Of a DNA stretch of 64,000 nucleotides, positions 1-9,947 are shown one piece after another. The stretch is from Bacillota bacterium (lineage in GTDB: Bacteria > Bacillota > JAAYKD01). Both the position numbers and the translations under genes were made by a program. Each line of letters starts with the position of its first letter. The stretch's first letter is position 1. The notes below the pieces were generated by a model. The model was not told the DNA's origin. It saw only the letters and a list, made by a program, of their open reading frames with translations, and did not search any database. Location: NCBI GenBank assembly GCA_963666425.2, contig OY762825.2:2838650-2902649 (forward strand). The letters are read 5' to 3'.

Positions 1-1523
1 AACACTCTCGTTATCGTTACTCACCGCTGTCTATTCCAGATATGTTTAGCATTCTTGGCGAACTCAAAGAAGTTCCTGATGTGGTTTGTAGAAGTGGCTG
101 GTGGCCGAGTGATGCGAATCAGTCTGAGCAGCGTCTTAATGCTGGATATCATGGTGTCAGTTACAGTGACATAATCGTTGGAGAACAACGGCTTTTAGGG
201 AAGACTCCTAGATACTTCTCATCTTCTCACGAACGTTCACATCTTCTCTGTGCATTTGGCATGTCGAATTTACCCAAAGGCACACCTTGTTATGCATTGC
301 TTTGGGAAGGGGTAATCGGATCTTTTTACAAAATAGACGCTACGTTAAATTTGATTAAGCTTGCCGATGTCATGCCCGAACCTGGTCATCGTTATGCCCT
401 TCTCTACGGTCTAGCAGATCCAACTTTTGACAAAAGAGTTGCTGAATTCTCAAGATTTTCTGATGCTGGAAAACTCATGGCTTTGGCTTCATTTTCTAAG
501 CGGTCCAAGCCGTCGGATGAAGAGGAGAAAATAATCGCGTTTCTAATGCAGGACTGCCTGCACCTTAAGCCCAAGGAGTGTGAAATCCTAAAACATAGCA
601 AACACTACAATGTAGGACTTGATGATCAAGAGTTTCGAAACTTCGCAGGTATCGTCAGTAATAGAATATTCGATCGCTTTTATCAATATGCAGAGTCAAA
701 TATGACGAGAGGTATGCCGTTGTTGATTTCAGGAGGATGTGGATTAAACTGTGACTGGAACACTATGTGGAGGGAAACTAATTTTTTTTCAGAGGTGTTT
801 GTACCACCAGTTGCCAATGATTCAGGATCGGCTATCGGAACAGCAATTGATGCCCAATTCTATTTTACAGGAAATCCAAAGATAGATTGGAGTGTCTATT
901 CTGGTCAAGAATTTATTACCAATGACGCGTTCGATATATCTTTGTTTGATACATACGAAACGAATTACGCGATGATTGCTGACATGTTGGCTAACAATTT
1001 AATCATCAGCTGGGTTAATGGAAAATATGAAATAGGACCTCGTGCTTTGGGGAATCGTTCGATTCTTGCTTCCCCATTTCATGAAAAAACGAGAGTGCGA
1101 CTAAATGAGATTAAACAGCGCGAACAGTTTCGACCAATAGCGCCTGTTTGCCTGGAGGAAGATGCCAAAAGATGGTTTGGCTGTAATCAGCCAAGTCCAT
1201 TTATGCTATACACTCAGCTCGTTTCTACGGATGCACTAGCTGCGGTAACCCATATCAATGGGACAGCACGCATTCAAACAGTGTCCTCGGCAAGTAACAA
1301 CCACCTGTATAAACTACTTGTAGCATTCAAAGCGCGTACCGGTTACGGCGTTTTGTGTAATACCTCCCTGAATTTTAAGGGACGAGGATTTATAAACAGT
1401 ATAGGGGATCTGTCTGCTTATACGATAGAGCGAAATTTAGATGGTTTTGTAATTGAAGGCAAAGCCTATTTGTTGAAATCATCTCCTAATTACCAAGCGT
1501 ACTTGAGCATACAAAGTCTATAG
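1..1523 (+). CDS. Carbamoyltransferase (NodU/CmcH family), 5' end probably beyond window
   Basis: C-terminal motifs EIGPRALGNRSILA, KQREQFRPIAP, H(I)NGTARIQTV, LCNTSLN; SGGCGLNCDWN and ANDSGSAIG; frame stays open to the window edge. Confidence 0.85.
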   Translation, partial: HSRYRYSPLSIPDMFSILGELKEVPDVVCRSGWWPSDANQSEQRLNAGYHGVSYSDIIVGEQRLLGKTPRYFSSSHERSHLLCAFGMSNLPKGTPCYALLWEGVIGSFYKIDATLNLIKLADVMPEPGHRYALLYGLADPTFDKRVAEFSRFSDAGKLMALASFSKRSKPSDEEEKIIAFLMQDCLHLKPKECEILKHSKHYNVGLDDQEFRNFAGIVSNRIFDRFYQYAESNMTRGMPLLISGGCGLNCDWNTMWRETNFFSEVFVPPVANDSGSAIGTAIDAQFYFTGNPKIDWSVYSGQEFITNDAFDISLFDTYETNYAMIADMLANNLIISWVNGKYEIGPRALGNRSILASPFHEKTRVRLNEIKQREQFRPIAPVCLEEDAKRWFGCNQPSPFMLYTQLVSTDALAAVTHINGTARIQTVSSASNNHLYKLLVAFKARTGYGVLCNTSLNFKGRGFINSIGDLSAYTIERNLDGFVIEGKAYLLKSSPNYQAYLSIQSL

Positions 1524-1582
1524 CTGGGTAGATACGAATAATGTTGATATCCATACTGAAGATATTTTGAATAAATCGATTT

Positions 1583-1604
1583 TCCGCCAAGGGGGGTAGC
1601 AGAG
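1583..1604 (+). repeat. Possible collapsed copy of the 29-bp site
   Basis: TCCGCCAAGGGGGGTAGCAGAG keeps GCCAAGGGG and a TAGCAGAG echo of TGGCACAG; lies just before the duplicated block. Confidence 0.3.
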
Positions 1605-1696
1605 TAACACGACCTCTTTTTTACTGCTACAAGCCGCATGGAGACTGCCGTGTTGATGTGTGCATAAGTGATTTTTTATGCAGTAAGGAGAAACAA

Positions 1697-2176
1697 ATGG
1701 AACAAATTTTTATGAGCTTTCTAAACACGGTTCCCGAACACTTAAGACCTTTCGTGAGCGAAATCGACGCTTATCTGCTAGACAAAAACTGCAAAAGAAG
1801 CATTAAGCCCGCGGCAAAAGGATACCTGGTTTCCTATGCGTTGCCGGTTTCAAAGAAAACGCTGCTCAATTTTGTATTTAGGAAAGGCTGTGTCAAGGCA
1901 AGAATTTATGCGACGCATGTAACAGAATATGAAGAACTGGTCAGTGGATTTCCCGAAGCAACAAAGAAAGAGATAGCGGCCGCCCTTGAATGCAAAAAGC
2001 TGACCGGACTGACCTGCAGCCCGACCTGCCCTGCCGGATATCAATTTGTGATGGACGGTGTGGAATACAAGAAATGCCGCAGTATGGCTTTTCTTCCCAT
2101 ACTGAATGAGGAAAATAACCCTTTCATAAGAAAAATGATCGAAGCAGAAGTTTGTTGTTCAATGACGGACAGATAA
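1697..2176 (+). CDS. Hypothetical protein with Cys motif (CKKL..CSPTC..CR), copy 1
   Basis: RBS AAGGAG before ATG 1697; conserved in the duplicate at 8185. Confidence 0.7.
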   Translation: MEQIFMSFLNTVPEHLRPFVSEIDAYLLDKNCKRSIKPAAKGYLVSYALPVSKKTLLNFVFRKGCVKARIYATHVTEYEELVSGFPEATKKEIAAALECKKLTGLTCSPTCPAGYQFVMDGVEYKKCRSMAFLPILNEENNPFIRKMIEAEVCCSMTDR

Positions 2177-2208
2177 ACCTTAATTTGGATTATGCCGAGG
2201 TGCAGAGA

Positions 2209-2757
2209 ATGGTTATTTACAGAGAGTTGACAGAGTGTGATATCCTTGATGCTGCCATGTTGAAAGCATCATGCTGGGATGAAGAAACTGCAGGCACATC
2301 AAGCGAAAAACCTGATATTGTTAAAGAGCATACTTCATTTGTTAAGTGGATGAAGACAGCGGATGAAAATGCTGATGTCCGTTTGTTATATGGTGCTTTT
2401 GATGACGAAAAGATGGTTGGCACAGTTTTTGCCAGCTTTGTCGAGTCTAAAGATGCTCCCGAACACGGATTTGAGTTGAATGGACTCTGGGTGGATCAGG
2501 GGTATCGCCGTCGGGGGATAGCATTGACTTTGCTGAAAAAAGTATGCGAAGAGTTTAGAAAACTAGGAGCAAAGAAAATGATTGTCTACAATTATCACAT
2601 TGCTCCGTCAAACAGTTTTTACCTTAAATTTGGGTGTAATGTCATCTCTACGGAATATCAAACAAAAGATAGGCTGCAAACCGATATCATCGAAGGAAAT
2701 ATTGAAGATCTGATCACGAGATTATCCGTGTCGCTTCAGAAAGTGGTCTCGAGATAA
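2209..2757 (+). CDS. GNAT N-acetyltransferase, copy 1
   Basis: Motif A LWVDQGYRRRGIALTLL, N..FYLKFG; RBS GAGGTG. Confidence 0.85.
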   Translation: MVIYRELTECDILDAAMLKASCWDEETAGTSSEKPDIVKEHTSFVKWMKTADENADVRLLYGAFDDEKMVGTVFASFVESKDAPEHGFELNGLWVDQGYRRRGIALTLLKKVCEEFRKLGAKKMIVYNYHIAPSNSFYLKFGCNVISTEYQTKDRLQTDIIEGNIEDLITRLSVSLQKVVSR

Positions 2758-2807
2758 TTGTTCCATCGAAAACAATGCGATAAGTCCAATTCGCCTGGCC
2801 ATCAGTA

Positions 2808-2835
2808 TGTTCCAAGGGGACGGGGTGCTGGCACA
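2808..2835 (+). repeat. 29-bp site copy (28-nt variant)
   Basis: TGTTCCAAGGGGACGGGGTGCTGGCACA. Confidence 0.9.
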
Positions 2836-3031
2836 GACTCACAAATTATCGATTTATTCTCCGGATAAGGTTTCGTCTTACTTGCAGTAAAACTTTGATC
2901 TGATAAGCAAAAACATAAATTTTTTGACAAACCCAAGAATGCAGATCATTGGTTTATTGCAGCATTGCACATTCTAAATATCATGGACAAATTAGATGTC
3001 ATCGAAAGCTTTTCACCTCCGGGTAGTCAAC

Positions 3032-3315
3032 TGTATTTTATCAAGAAGAAATCCCTGAAATTATCAAGATAAATTCCCGAAAAGAATCAAAGGTAATCCC
3101 GGGAAGAATCATAGAGGTTATTTTGTAGTTTGGCGCATCAAAGCATGAATTATTCGGTAGCTTTGGCCCTTAAAAATCAGATGATGACCATTGTGACCAA
3201 ACGGTCAGTCATGGCAGCGGCCATCCACTCATCAGTGAAAATACCACCCCATTTGGAAAATTCGATGACCGTTGTGAGAATCAAGCTCTTCTTCTCGTAG
3301 TTGTGCTTTTCCCAT
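3032..3315 (-). mobile_element. IS21-family relic: istB 3' fragment plus terminal repeats
   Basis: Minus strand reads YEKKSLILTTVIEFSKWGGIFTDEWMAAAMTDRLV (IstB C-terminus); TG-starting end at 3032 with reiterated ATCAAG..AAATCCC.GAAA subrepeats. Confidence 0.6.
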
Positions 3316-3710
3316 GAGTGCCAGTTCTTCCATCTCTCCATTTAGTTATACATCGATTGATTTGGATTAGCAAAAGCGCAAACTATTTTACAATACCTTC
3401 TTGCTTATGCAAAGAAGATTGTCAGTTCAAACCTGCTTACCTAAAAGCCTGTAATATTTGCTGTCAAATTACGGCCAAAAATTCCTGTCAGTTTGCGGCC
3501 AAAGCACTTGGCAGCAACGAAATGGTCTGGACGCATTCAAGATTGGAAGCATATTCTCTTACAATTATCGATTTATTTTCCGTATAAGATTTCATCCCAC
3601 TTGCAGTAATGCTTGTTCTGGTAAGCAAAAGCACAAAACTCTTGACAGACCCAATGCGGCAGCTTTCAGAACAAAAAAATAAACAAGTGGAAGTTTGATT
3701 TGGAGGATTT

Positions 3711-4598
3711 ATGGGAAAGAACATTTTCAAAAAAAGAATAATATTGTACTTAGCTCTTATTTATTCCTTTCTTTTTATCGGGTGGTTGTCAATATTGGCA
3801 TTTTCAAATGCGTATATAATAGTATGGGGACTTTTTAGTATATTTCCAATTATAGCAACTATTATTACCAAGAAGATTACCAAAGATCAATTCCCATGGC
3901 TTCTAAAACCAAATTTTAAGAAAAATCGGAAAATCTATTTGTTTTCAGCGTTTGCTCCGGGACTTGCCATATTCATTGGAGCAATGGCGTTTTATTTGTT
4001 ATTTCCAAATGATCTGGATTTCAGTGGCAGGTATATAGTTGAAAATTATTCACAGTATGGAGCTCCTGCTGCTCTGCATCTCACGATTGGGAATATAGTT
4101 ACTATTGGCATTGGCGCAATAATAATTTCACCTTTCATTCTGCCAGTACACATTTTTGCTTTAGGAGAAGAAATCGGTTGGAGGGGATATTTATTACCAC
4201 TTCTTCTGCAAATCACAAGTACAAAAAAAGCAGTTTTACTTCATGGATTCCTTTGGGGGATTGCTCATGCTGCATTGATATACTTTGGTTTTAATTATTC
4301 TATGGATTACTGGGGAGCTCCTTATTCTGGCATGATTATGATGATATTTGTATGCGTGGTGTTAGGTATTTGGCTTGCTTATGTTACCATAAAATCAGGA
4401 AGCATTATTCCAGCGACCATACTACATGGAGCATCAAATGTTATTGGTGAGTTACCTATAATGGTATCCTTATTAAGTGTGAGCCGATTACTAGGCCCTA
4501 ATCCAACAGGGATTATTGGTTTGAGTGGTTTGATATTGGGAGCAGTGCTTTTATTACAGAGAATGCCAAAAAATAATGATAAATTCGGAATGCCATAA
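3711..4598 (+). CDS. CPBP-family intramembrane metalloprotease (CAAX protease/Abi)
   Basis: GEEIGWRGYL, W..AH, H..SN motifs; multiple TM segments. Confidence 0.88.
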   Translation: MGKNIFKKRIILYLALIYSFLFIGWLSILAFSNAYIIVWGLFSIFPIIATIITKKITKDQFPWLLKPNFKKNRKIYLFSAFAPGLAIFIGAMAFYLLFPNDLDFSGRYIVENYSQYGAPAALHLTIGNIVTIGIGAIIISPFILPVHIFALGEEIGWRGYLLPLLLQITSTKKAVLLHGFLWGIAHAALIYFGFNYSMDYWGAPYSGMIMMIFVCVVLGIWLAYVTIKSGSIIPATILHGASNVIGELPIMVSLLSVSRLLGPNPTGIIGLSGLILGAVLLLQRMPKNNDKFGMP

Positions 4599-4838
4599 AT
4601 CAAGATAGCAACGTTGAGTGAAATTGATACTTACTCTCTAGAATGGGCATTCCGGTTTTCAGCGAAAATCCGATAAACCGCTCTGGTTTCAACCCTCGCT
4701 GATGCAAAACGAAGCCAAGCTGTGGTAAAAGTTCTTTCCTTACAATTTTTGTATGCATACGATGGACGAGTGCAACGAGATTCTTACAGTGAAAGGCTTT
4801 GACAAACTAGTCGGTAGAAACAAAGGGGGTTTGATATT

Positions 4839-7022
4839 ATGACGCAAGAGGAATTTTCTGAGAAATTCCTGTCACATCTGAATAAACAGCAAAAAGAAGC
4901 GATCCAGGCAGTCGATGGTGCAGTACTTCTGCTTGCTGTTCCCGGGAGCGGAAAAACGACAGTGCTGGTGACCCGGCTTGGTTATATGGTCTACTGCCGT
5001 GATATTGCCCCGCGTAGCATTTTGACAATGACATACACTGTAGCCGCCACCAAGGAAATGCAGCAGCGTTTTTCCTCTATGTTCGGCAGTGAATACGCCG
5101 AGATTTTAGAGTTTCGCACCATCAACGGCTTGTCCGCAAAAATCATAAATTACTACAGCCGGAACTACGGAAAAGGGAGCCCTTTTGAATTGCTCGATAA
5201 TGGTGGCGAATTGGCACGAATGGTAGGACGGATTTATCAAGAAATTAATGACGAGTACGCTACCGAGAGTACAATCAAAGATATCCGTTCTAGCATCACC
5301 TACATCAAAAATATGATGCTCACAAAAGAAGGAATAGATTCTCTCGATGTAGGCATTCTGCAGATGCCGCAGATATACAATCAATACTGTTCGGAACTTA
5401 AGCAGAGAAGACTCATGGATTACGATGACCAGATGTCGTATGCGCTTAACATTCTCAAATCAGTCCCTGCAGTCCTTGAGCACTTTCAAGAAAAGTATCG
5501 CTACATCTGCGTTGATGAAGCTCAGGACACATCAAAAATACAGCATACCATTATCCACCTGTTAGCACAAAAATACAGCAACATCTTTATGGTCGGTGAT
5601 GAGGATCAGAGTATTTACGGTTTCCGTGCTGCCTACCCTGATGCACTAATGAGCTTCAGCAAGAACTACCCCAAGGCAAAGGTGCTGCTGATAGAGTATA
5701 ACTATCGCTCTACAAAAGAAATCGTGACTGTGGCGAATGCGTTTGTGTTAAAAAATAAATTTCGCTATAAAAAAGTCATCAAACCAACCCGTGGCAACGG
5801 ACTCCCAATACAGGTAATCCAGGCCGCTGATCGTTCAACGCAGTATAAATATCTTTTTACTGTTGCACAGACCTGTGAAACCGAAACCGCTGTCTTGTTC
5901 CGCAATAATGACAGCGCCTTACCGCTCATTGATATGCTTGAGCGCAACAGCATTCCTTACAATTACAGACAACTTGATGGAGTCTTCTTCTCCAATCGTA
6001 TCGTTGTCGATATAACAGACATTATAAACTTTGCATATAACCCGCATGATGCAGATGCCTTCATGCGTGTATACTATAAATTCGGCAAGTATTTGAACAA
6101 AATAGCGGCTATCTATGCTTGTGAACAGAGCAAACGCTCTGGAAAGCCGATTCTTGACGAACTGATCAATTTTCCGGAACTGAGCAGCTTTGCCAAGGAA
6201 GGTGTAATCAGTCTTCTGGCACTTCTGCCGATGATAACAAAAAGCAACGGTATTAAAGCCGTCCAGCTGATATGGAATACGTCAGGTTATGGCCAGTATG
6301 TAACTGCCAATAAGCTAGATGCAGGAAAGTTTGCAACCCTATGTATGCTCGGTGAAAACGAGGCAAGCCCACGCGACCTACTTCGTAGACTAAAAGAGCT
6401 GCGAGACATCATCCAAAATCATAAAAACAGCAACTCCAATCAATTCATACTGTCCACGATTCACTCAAGCAAAGGGCTGGAGTATGATCGAGTGTTTCTG
6501 CTCGATATCTTTGACGGAATATTGCCGTCAAAGGCTGACCCGGACGTGGCATCCCAAGAGGAGATCAAACAATACGAGGAAGATCGCAGGCTCTATTATG
6601 TAGGTATGACCCGTGCCAGGAATGAGTTGTATCTCTTCAACTGCCGCAATACCAATTCTGCTTTTACGAGCGAAGTGCTGCGCTCTCTCCCAAGGGTAAT
6701 CAAAGCCGCAGGCAGCGCTAGTTCTATATCTAAACGAAGCTTTGGTGATAAAACCTATACACACAAAGATGAAGCCGCTCCCAAACGAAAGTCCACGAAC
6801 TTGCAGGGACACATAGAGGAAAAAGAGAAAGCGCGCCAAACTCAAGAACTAGAAAGTTTGCTGTTGAAGATGACCGCTGGCGGGGCTGTAACGCATAGAG
6901 TATTCGGCAAAGGTGTGATTACGGAAAATGACGGAACTTATGTTACCATCCGTTTTAGATCAGTTGGAGAAAAGAAATTCAACCTGATAATGGCAGTGCA
7001 GCATGGAGTAATTGAGATATAA
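4839..7022 (+). CDS. UvrD/PcrA/Rep-family SF1 helicase
   Basis: AVPGSGKTT, VDEAQDTS, VGDEDQSIYGFR, NYRST, STIHSSKGLEYD, RRLYYVGMTRA. Confidence 0.93.
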   Translation: MTQEEFSEKFLSHLNKQQKEAIQAVDGAVLLLAVPGSGKTTVLVTRLGYMVYCRDIAPRSILTMTYTVAATKEMQQRFSSMFGSEYAEILEFRTINGLSAKIINYYSRNYGKGSPFELLDNGGELARMVGRIYQEINDEYATESTIKDIRSSITYIKNMMLTKEGIDSLDVGILQMPQIYNQYCSELKQRRLMDYDDQMSYALNILKSVPAVLEHFQEKYRYICVDEAQDTSKIQHTIIHLLAQKYSNIFMVGDEDQSIYGFRAAYPDALMSFSKNYPKAKVLLIEYNYRSTKEIVTVANAFVLKNKFRYKKVIKPTRGNGLPIQVIQAADRSTQYKYLFTVAQTCETETAVLFRNNDSALPLIDMLERNSIPYNYRQLDGVFFSNRIVVDITDIINFAYNPHDADAFMRVYYKFGKYLNKIAAIYACEQSKRSGKPILDELINFPELSSFAKEGVISLLALLPMITKSNGIKAVQLIWNTSGYGQYVTANKLDAGKFATLCMLGENEASPRDLLRRLKELRDIIQNHKNSNSNQFILSTIHSSKGLEYDRVFLLDIFDGILPSKADPDVASQEEIKQYEEDRRLYYVGMTRARNELYLFNCRNTNSAFTSEVLRSLPRVIKAAGSASSISKRSFGDKTYTHKDEAAPKRKSTNLQGHIEEKEKARQTQELESLLLKMTAGGAVTHRVFGKGVITENDGTYVTIRFRSVGEKKFNLIMAVQHGVIEI

Positions 7023-7239
7023 ATTTACTGACCATGTTGCGGGCATACGCCAAGCGGCAGTAATGAAAACCGGATGTCAAGGTGACCGATATGCGGCACA
7101 GATAGGCCATCAGATTCTGTTCTCTGAGCGGAACGCTTCGCTGACCGAGAACAACATAGGGCATTGATTCGTGGAGCAGTACACAGCTTATATGGACGTT
7201 ACCCCAAAACACACGCGACAATCAAAATAAATAACATGC

Positions 7240-7287
7240 TTGATTTTCACCACTTAAAGCATTATAATTGCTTTAGGTGGTGAAAAT
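7240..7287 (+). promoter_or_regulatory. Sigma-A promoter overlapped by an 18-bp inverted-repeat operator
   Basis: TTGATT-17-TATAAT; arms ATTTTCACCACTTAAAGC / GCTTTAGGTGGTGAAAAT (1 mismatch), as expected for AbiEi autorepression. Confidence 0.75.
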
Positions 7288-7890
7288 ATGATAAAGACGA
7301 TAGCGATGTTAATGGCTGAACTGAAAGAGTATGTGAATCCAACAGCTAAGATCCGGCGGCTCGTGGATGAAGGGAAATTGATTCCCGTTGTCAGAGGTTT
7401 GTACGAAACAGATGGGAGCATACCAGGATACTATCTTGCTCCAATTATTTACGGACCTTCATATTTGTCTTTTGAATTTGCATTGGCATACTACTCGCTT
7501 ATTCCAGAAGCGGTATACAGTTTTACATCAGCAACTTTTGAAAAGAAAAAAGCAAAGCAATATACAACACCCTATGGTACATTTACTTATCGTGATGTTC
7601 CAAGCGAAGCATATCCTGCTGGTATTGTTCTGCATTCTGAGAACGGGTATGGGTTTCAAATTGCGACTCCTGAGAAAGCCATCTGCGATGAACTCTACAA
7701 AATTTCTCCTCTAAAGAACAGTGGCGATTTGGAACGCCTTTTATTCGAAGACCTAAGAATTGACAAGGAAGAATTCTATCATCTGAAACTATCGGATTTA
7801 CTTGAAATAGCGGCTCTTTATCACACGCAGAATCACAAGCTGCTGCAGGCTTATCTCAGAAGGGGAATAAAAAATGGATCAAATTATTGA
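7288..7890 (+). CDS. AbiEi-like type IV toxin-antitoxin antitoxin
   Basis: RGLYET..IYGPSYLSFEFALAYYSLIPE..ATPEKAICD pattern. Confidence 0.8.
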   Translation: MIKTIAMLMAELKEYVNPTAKIRRLVDEGKLIPVVRGLYETDGSIPGYYLAPIIYGPSYLSFEFALAYYSLIPEAVYSFTSATFEKKKAKQYTTPYGTFTYRDVPSEAYPAGIVLHSENGYGFQIATPEKAICDELYKISPLKNSGDLERLLFEDLRIDKEEFYHLKLSDLLEIAALYHTQNHKLLQAYLRRGIKNGSNY

Positions 7891-7909
7891 GCAAATGTTG
7901 ACGCAATAG
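7874..7909 (+). pseudogene. 5' stub of AbiEii-like toxin (MDQIIEQMLTQ*), cut at the 29-bp site
   Basis: Overlaps the abiEi 3' end with its own RBS; N-terminus resembles AbiEii starts; site begins 2 nt after the stop. Confidence 0.5.
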
Positions 7910-7910
7910 A

Positions 7911-7939
7911 TGTTCCAGGGGGACGGGGGTGTTGGCACG
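7911..7939 (+). repeat. 29-bp site copy
   Basis: TGTTCCAGGGGGACGGGGGTGTTGGCACG. Confidence 0.93.
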
Positions 7940-8184
7940 GAGTTGGATAATCCAGTTTTACTGAGATCCCAAAACGCTTTATGTATCATATGCGCAACTT
8001 GATCAGATAAGTTACTTTTCAGCTGTAATCCGAACACCCTGATGCGCGAGGCTGCCTTTCTGCGTGAGCTGGGCTCTGAAGTGGTCATTGGTCAGGCAGT
8101 GGATAGGTTCCCCATGACAATGCACATGGAGACTGCCGTGTTGATGTGTGCATAAGTGAATTTTTATGCATTAAGGAGAAACAA

Positions 8185-8664
8185 ATGGAACAGATTTTTA
8201 TGAGCTTTCTAGACACGGTTCCCGAACACTTAAGACCATTCGTGAGCGAAATCGACGCTTATCTGCTAGACAAAAACTGCAAAAGAAGCATTAAGCCCGC
8301 GGCAAAAGGATACCTGGTTTCCTATGCGTTGCCGGTTTCAAAGAAAACGCTGCTCAATTTCGTATTTAGGAAAGGCTGCGTGAAGGCAAGGATTTATGCG
8401 GCACATGTAACAGAATATGAGGACCTCGTCAGTGGATTTCCCGAAGCAACAAAGAAAGAGATAGCGGCCGCCCTTGAATGCAAAAAGTTGACCGGACTTA
8501 CCTGCAGCCCGACCTGCCCTGCTGGATATACATTTGTAATGGACGGTGTGGAATACAAGAAATGTCGCAGTATGGCTTTTCTTCCCATACTGAATGAGGA
8601 AAATAACCCTTTCATAAGAAAAATGATCGAAGCAGAAGTTTGTTGTTCAATGACGGATAGATAA
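8185..8664 (+). CDS. Hypothetical protein, copy 2
   Basis: Near-identical to 1697-2176. Confidence 0.7.
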   Translation: MEQIFMSFLDTVPEHLRPFVSEIDAYLLDKNCKRSIKPAAKGYLVSYALPVSKKTLLNFVFRKGCVKARIYAAHVTEYEDLVSGFPEATKKEIAAALECKKLTGLTCSPTCPAGYTFVMDGVEYKKCRSMAFLPILNEENNPFIRKMIEAEVCCSMTDR

Positions 8665-8696
8665 ACCTTAATTTGGATTATGCCGAGGTGCAGAGA

Positions 8697-9245
8697 ATGG
8701 TTATTTACAGAGAGTTGACAGAGTGTGATATCCTTGATGCTGCCAGGTTGAAAGCATCATGCTGGGATGAAGAAACTGCAGGCACATCAAGCGAAAAACC
8801 TGATATTGTTAAAGAGCATACTTCATTTGTTAAGTGGATGAAGACAGCGGATGAAAATGCTGATGTCCGTTTGTTATATGGTGCTTTTGATGACGAAAAG
8901 ATGGTTGGCACAGTTTTTGCCAGCTTTGTCGAGTCTAAAGATGCTCCCGAACACGGATTTGAGTTGAATGGACTCTGGGTGGATCAGGGGTATCGCCGTC
9001 GGGGGATAGCATTGACTTTGCTGAAAAAAGTATGCGAAGAGTTTAGAAAACTAGGAGCAAAGAAAATGATTGTCTACAATTATCACATTGCTCCGTCAAA
9101 CAGTTTTTACCTTAAATTTGGGTGTAATGTCATCTCTACGGAATATCAAACAAAAGATAGGCTGCAAACCGATATCATCGAAGGAAATATTGAAGATCTG
9201 ATCACGAGATTATCCGTGTCGCTTCAGAGAGTGGTCTTGAGATAA
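8697..9245 (+). CDS. GNAT N-acetyltransferase, copy 2
   Basis: Near-identical to 2209-2757. Confidence 0.85.
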   Translation: MVIYRELTECDILDAARLKASCWDEETAGTSSEKPDIVKEHTSFVKWMKTADENADVRLLYGAFDDEKMVGTVFASFVESKDAPEHGFELNGLWVDQGYRRRGIALTLLKKVCEEFRKLGAKKMIVYNYHIAPSNSFYLKFGCNVISTEYQTKDRLQTDIIEGNIEDLITRLSVSLQRVVLR

Positions 9246-9295
9246 TTGTTCCATCGAAAACAATGCGATAAGTCCAATTCGCCTGGCCATCAGTA

Positions 9296-9323
9296 TGTTC
9301 CAAGGGGACGGGGTGCTGGCACA
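9296..9323 (+). repeat. 29-bp site copy (28-nt variant)
   Basis: TGTTCCAAGGGGACGGGGTGCTGGCACA, same variant as 2808. Confidence 0.9.
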
Positions 9324-9510
9324 GACTTGCTGTCACCCACTCAACTCAATTATCTGTATAGAGTATCTCGTACAATTCCCATATTTCTCGTAATATTATC
9401 CTTCATGCGAATCTCTTCCACACGAGTGGCCTCAGCCAGACTCAAATCCAGAGCTTTTTGCCATGCGCACATCAATGAACGTGAGGCATTAACAATGGCT
9501 CCCATGCCAT
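9324..9510 (-). pseudogene. Diverged copy of the pyrF 3' end and downstream flank
   Basis: Aligns to about 15215-15401 (GACTTGCTGTCACCCACTCAACTCAATTATCTGTATAGAG...CCCAT). Confidence 0.85.
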
Positions 9511-9947
9511 CGGCTAGCGGACTTTGAACCTATTTGTAACGGTTTGGCAGTGAAACGCGGCAGGCCGTCGGATTCTATCCAGAGCAGATCTGGGGCTGCG
9601 CTGTCGTAAAGCAGCGTGACTTTACGGTGTTCTCATTAACGCTAGATACCAAAATTGGCTCCGGGTATCAATTTGATAGAATCGTGCCATCCAGTAAATA
9701 TTATCATATCCATATCGATCACTCGACCTATAGTAGTGGACATGTTTCCGCGAACGAACGAAAGTGAAAATACCATCATGACATCAAGTTGAGTCTCTCG
9801 TTCCAAGTGGAGTGTGGGGAGTATGTCTCGTTAAATTGCAAAAGGTTTATTACCTCGTGCATTAATCCATTTTTTCGAATTACGAATCGGGTTCAATTTA
9901 AGGTTATTGGTAGTATCCACTTAGTAAGTGTGGGGGAGGTTAATGTT

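Larger units (their letters stand above)
1637..2835 (+). repeat. ~1.2-kb direct duplication, copy 1 (copy 2 at 8125-9323)
   Basis: Near-identical from CATGGAGACTGCCG to the end of the 29-bp site; constant offset 6488. Confidence 0.95.
8125..9323 (+). repeat. ~1.2-kb direct duplication, copy 2
   Basis: Matches 1637-2835. Confidence 0.95.
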
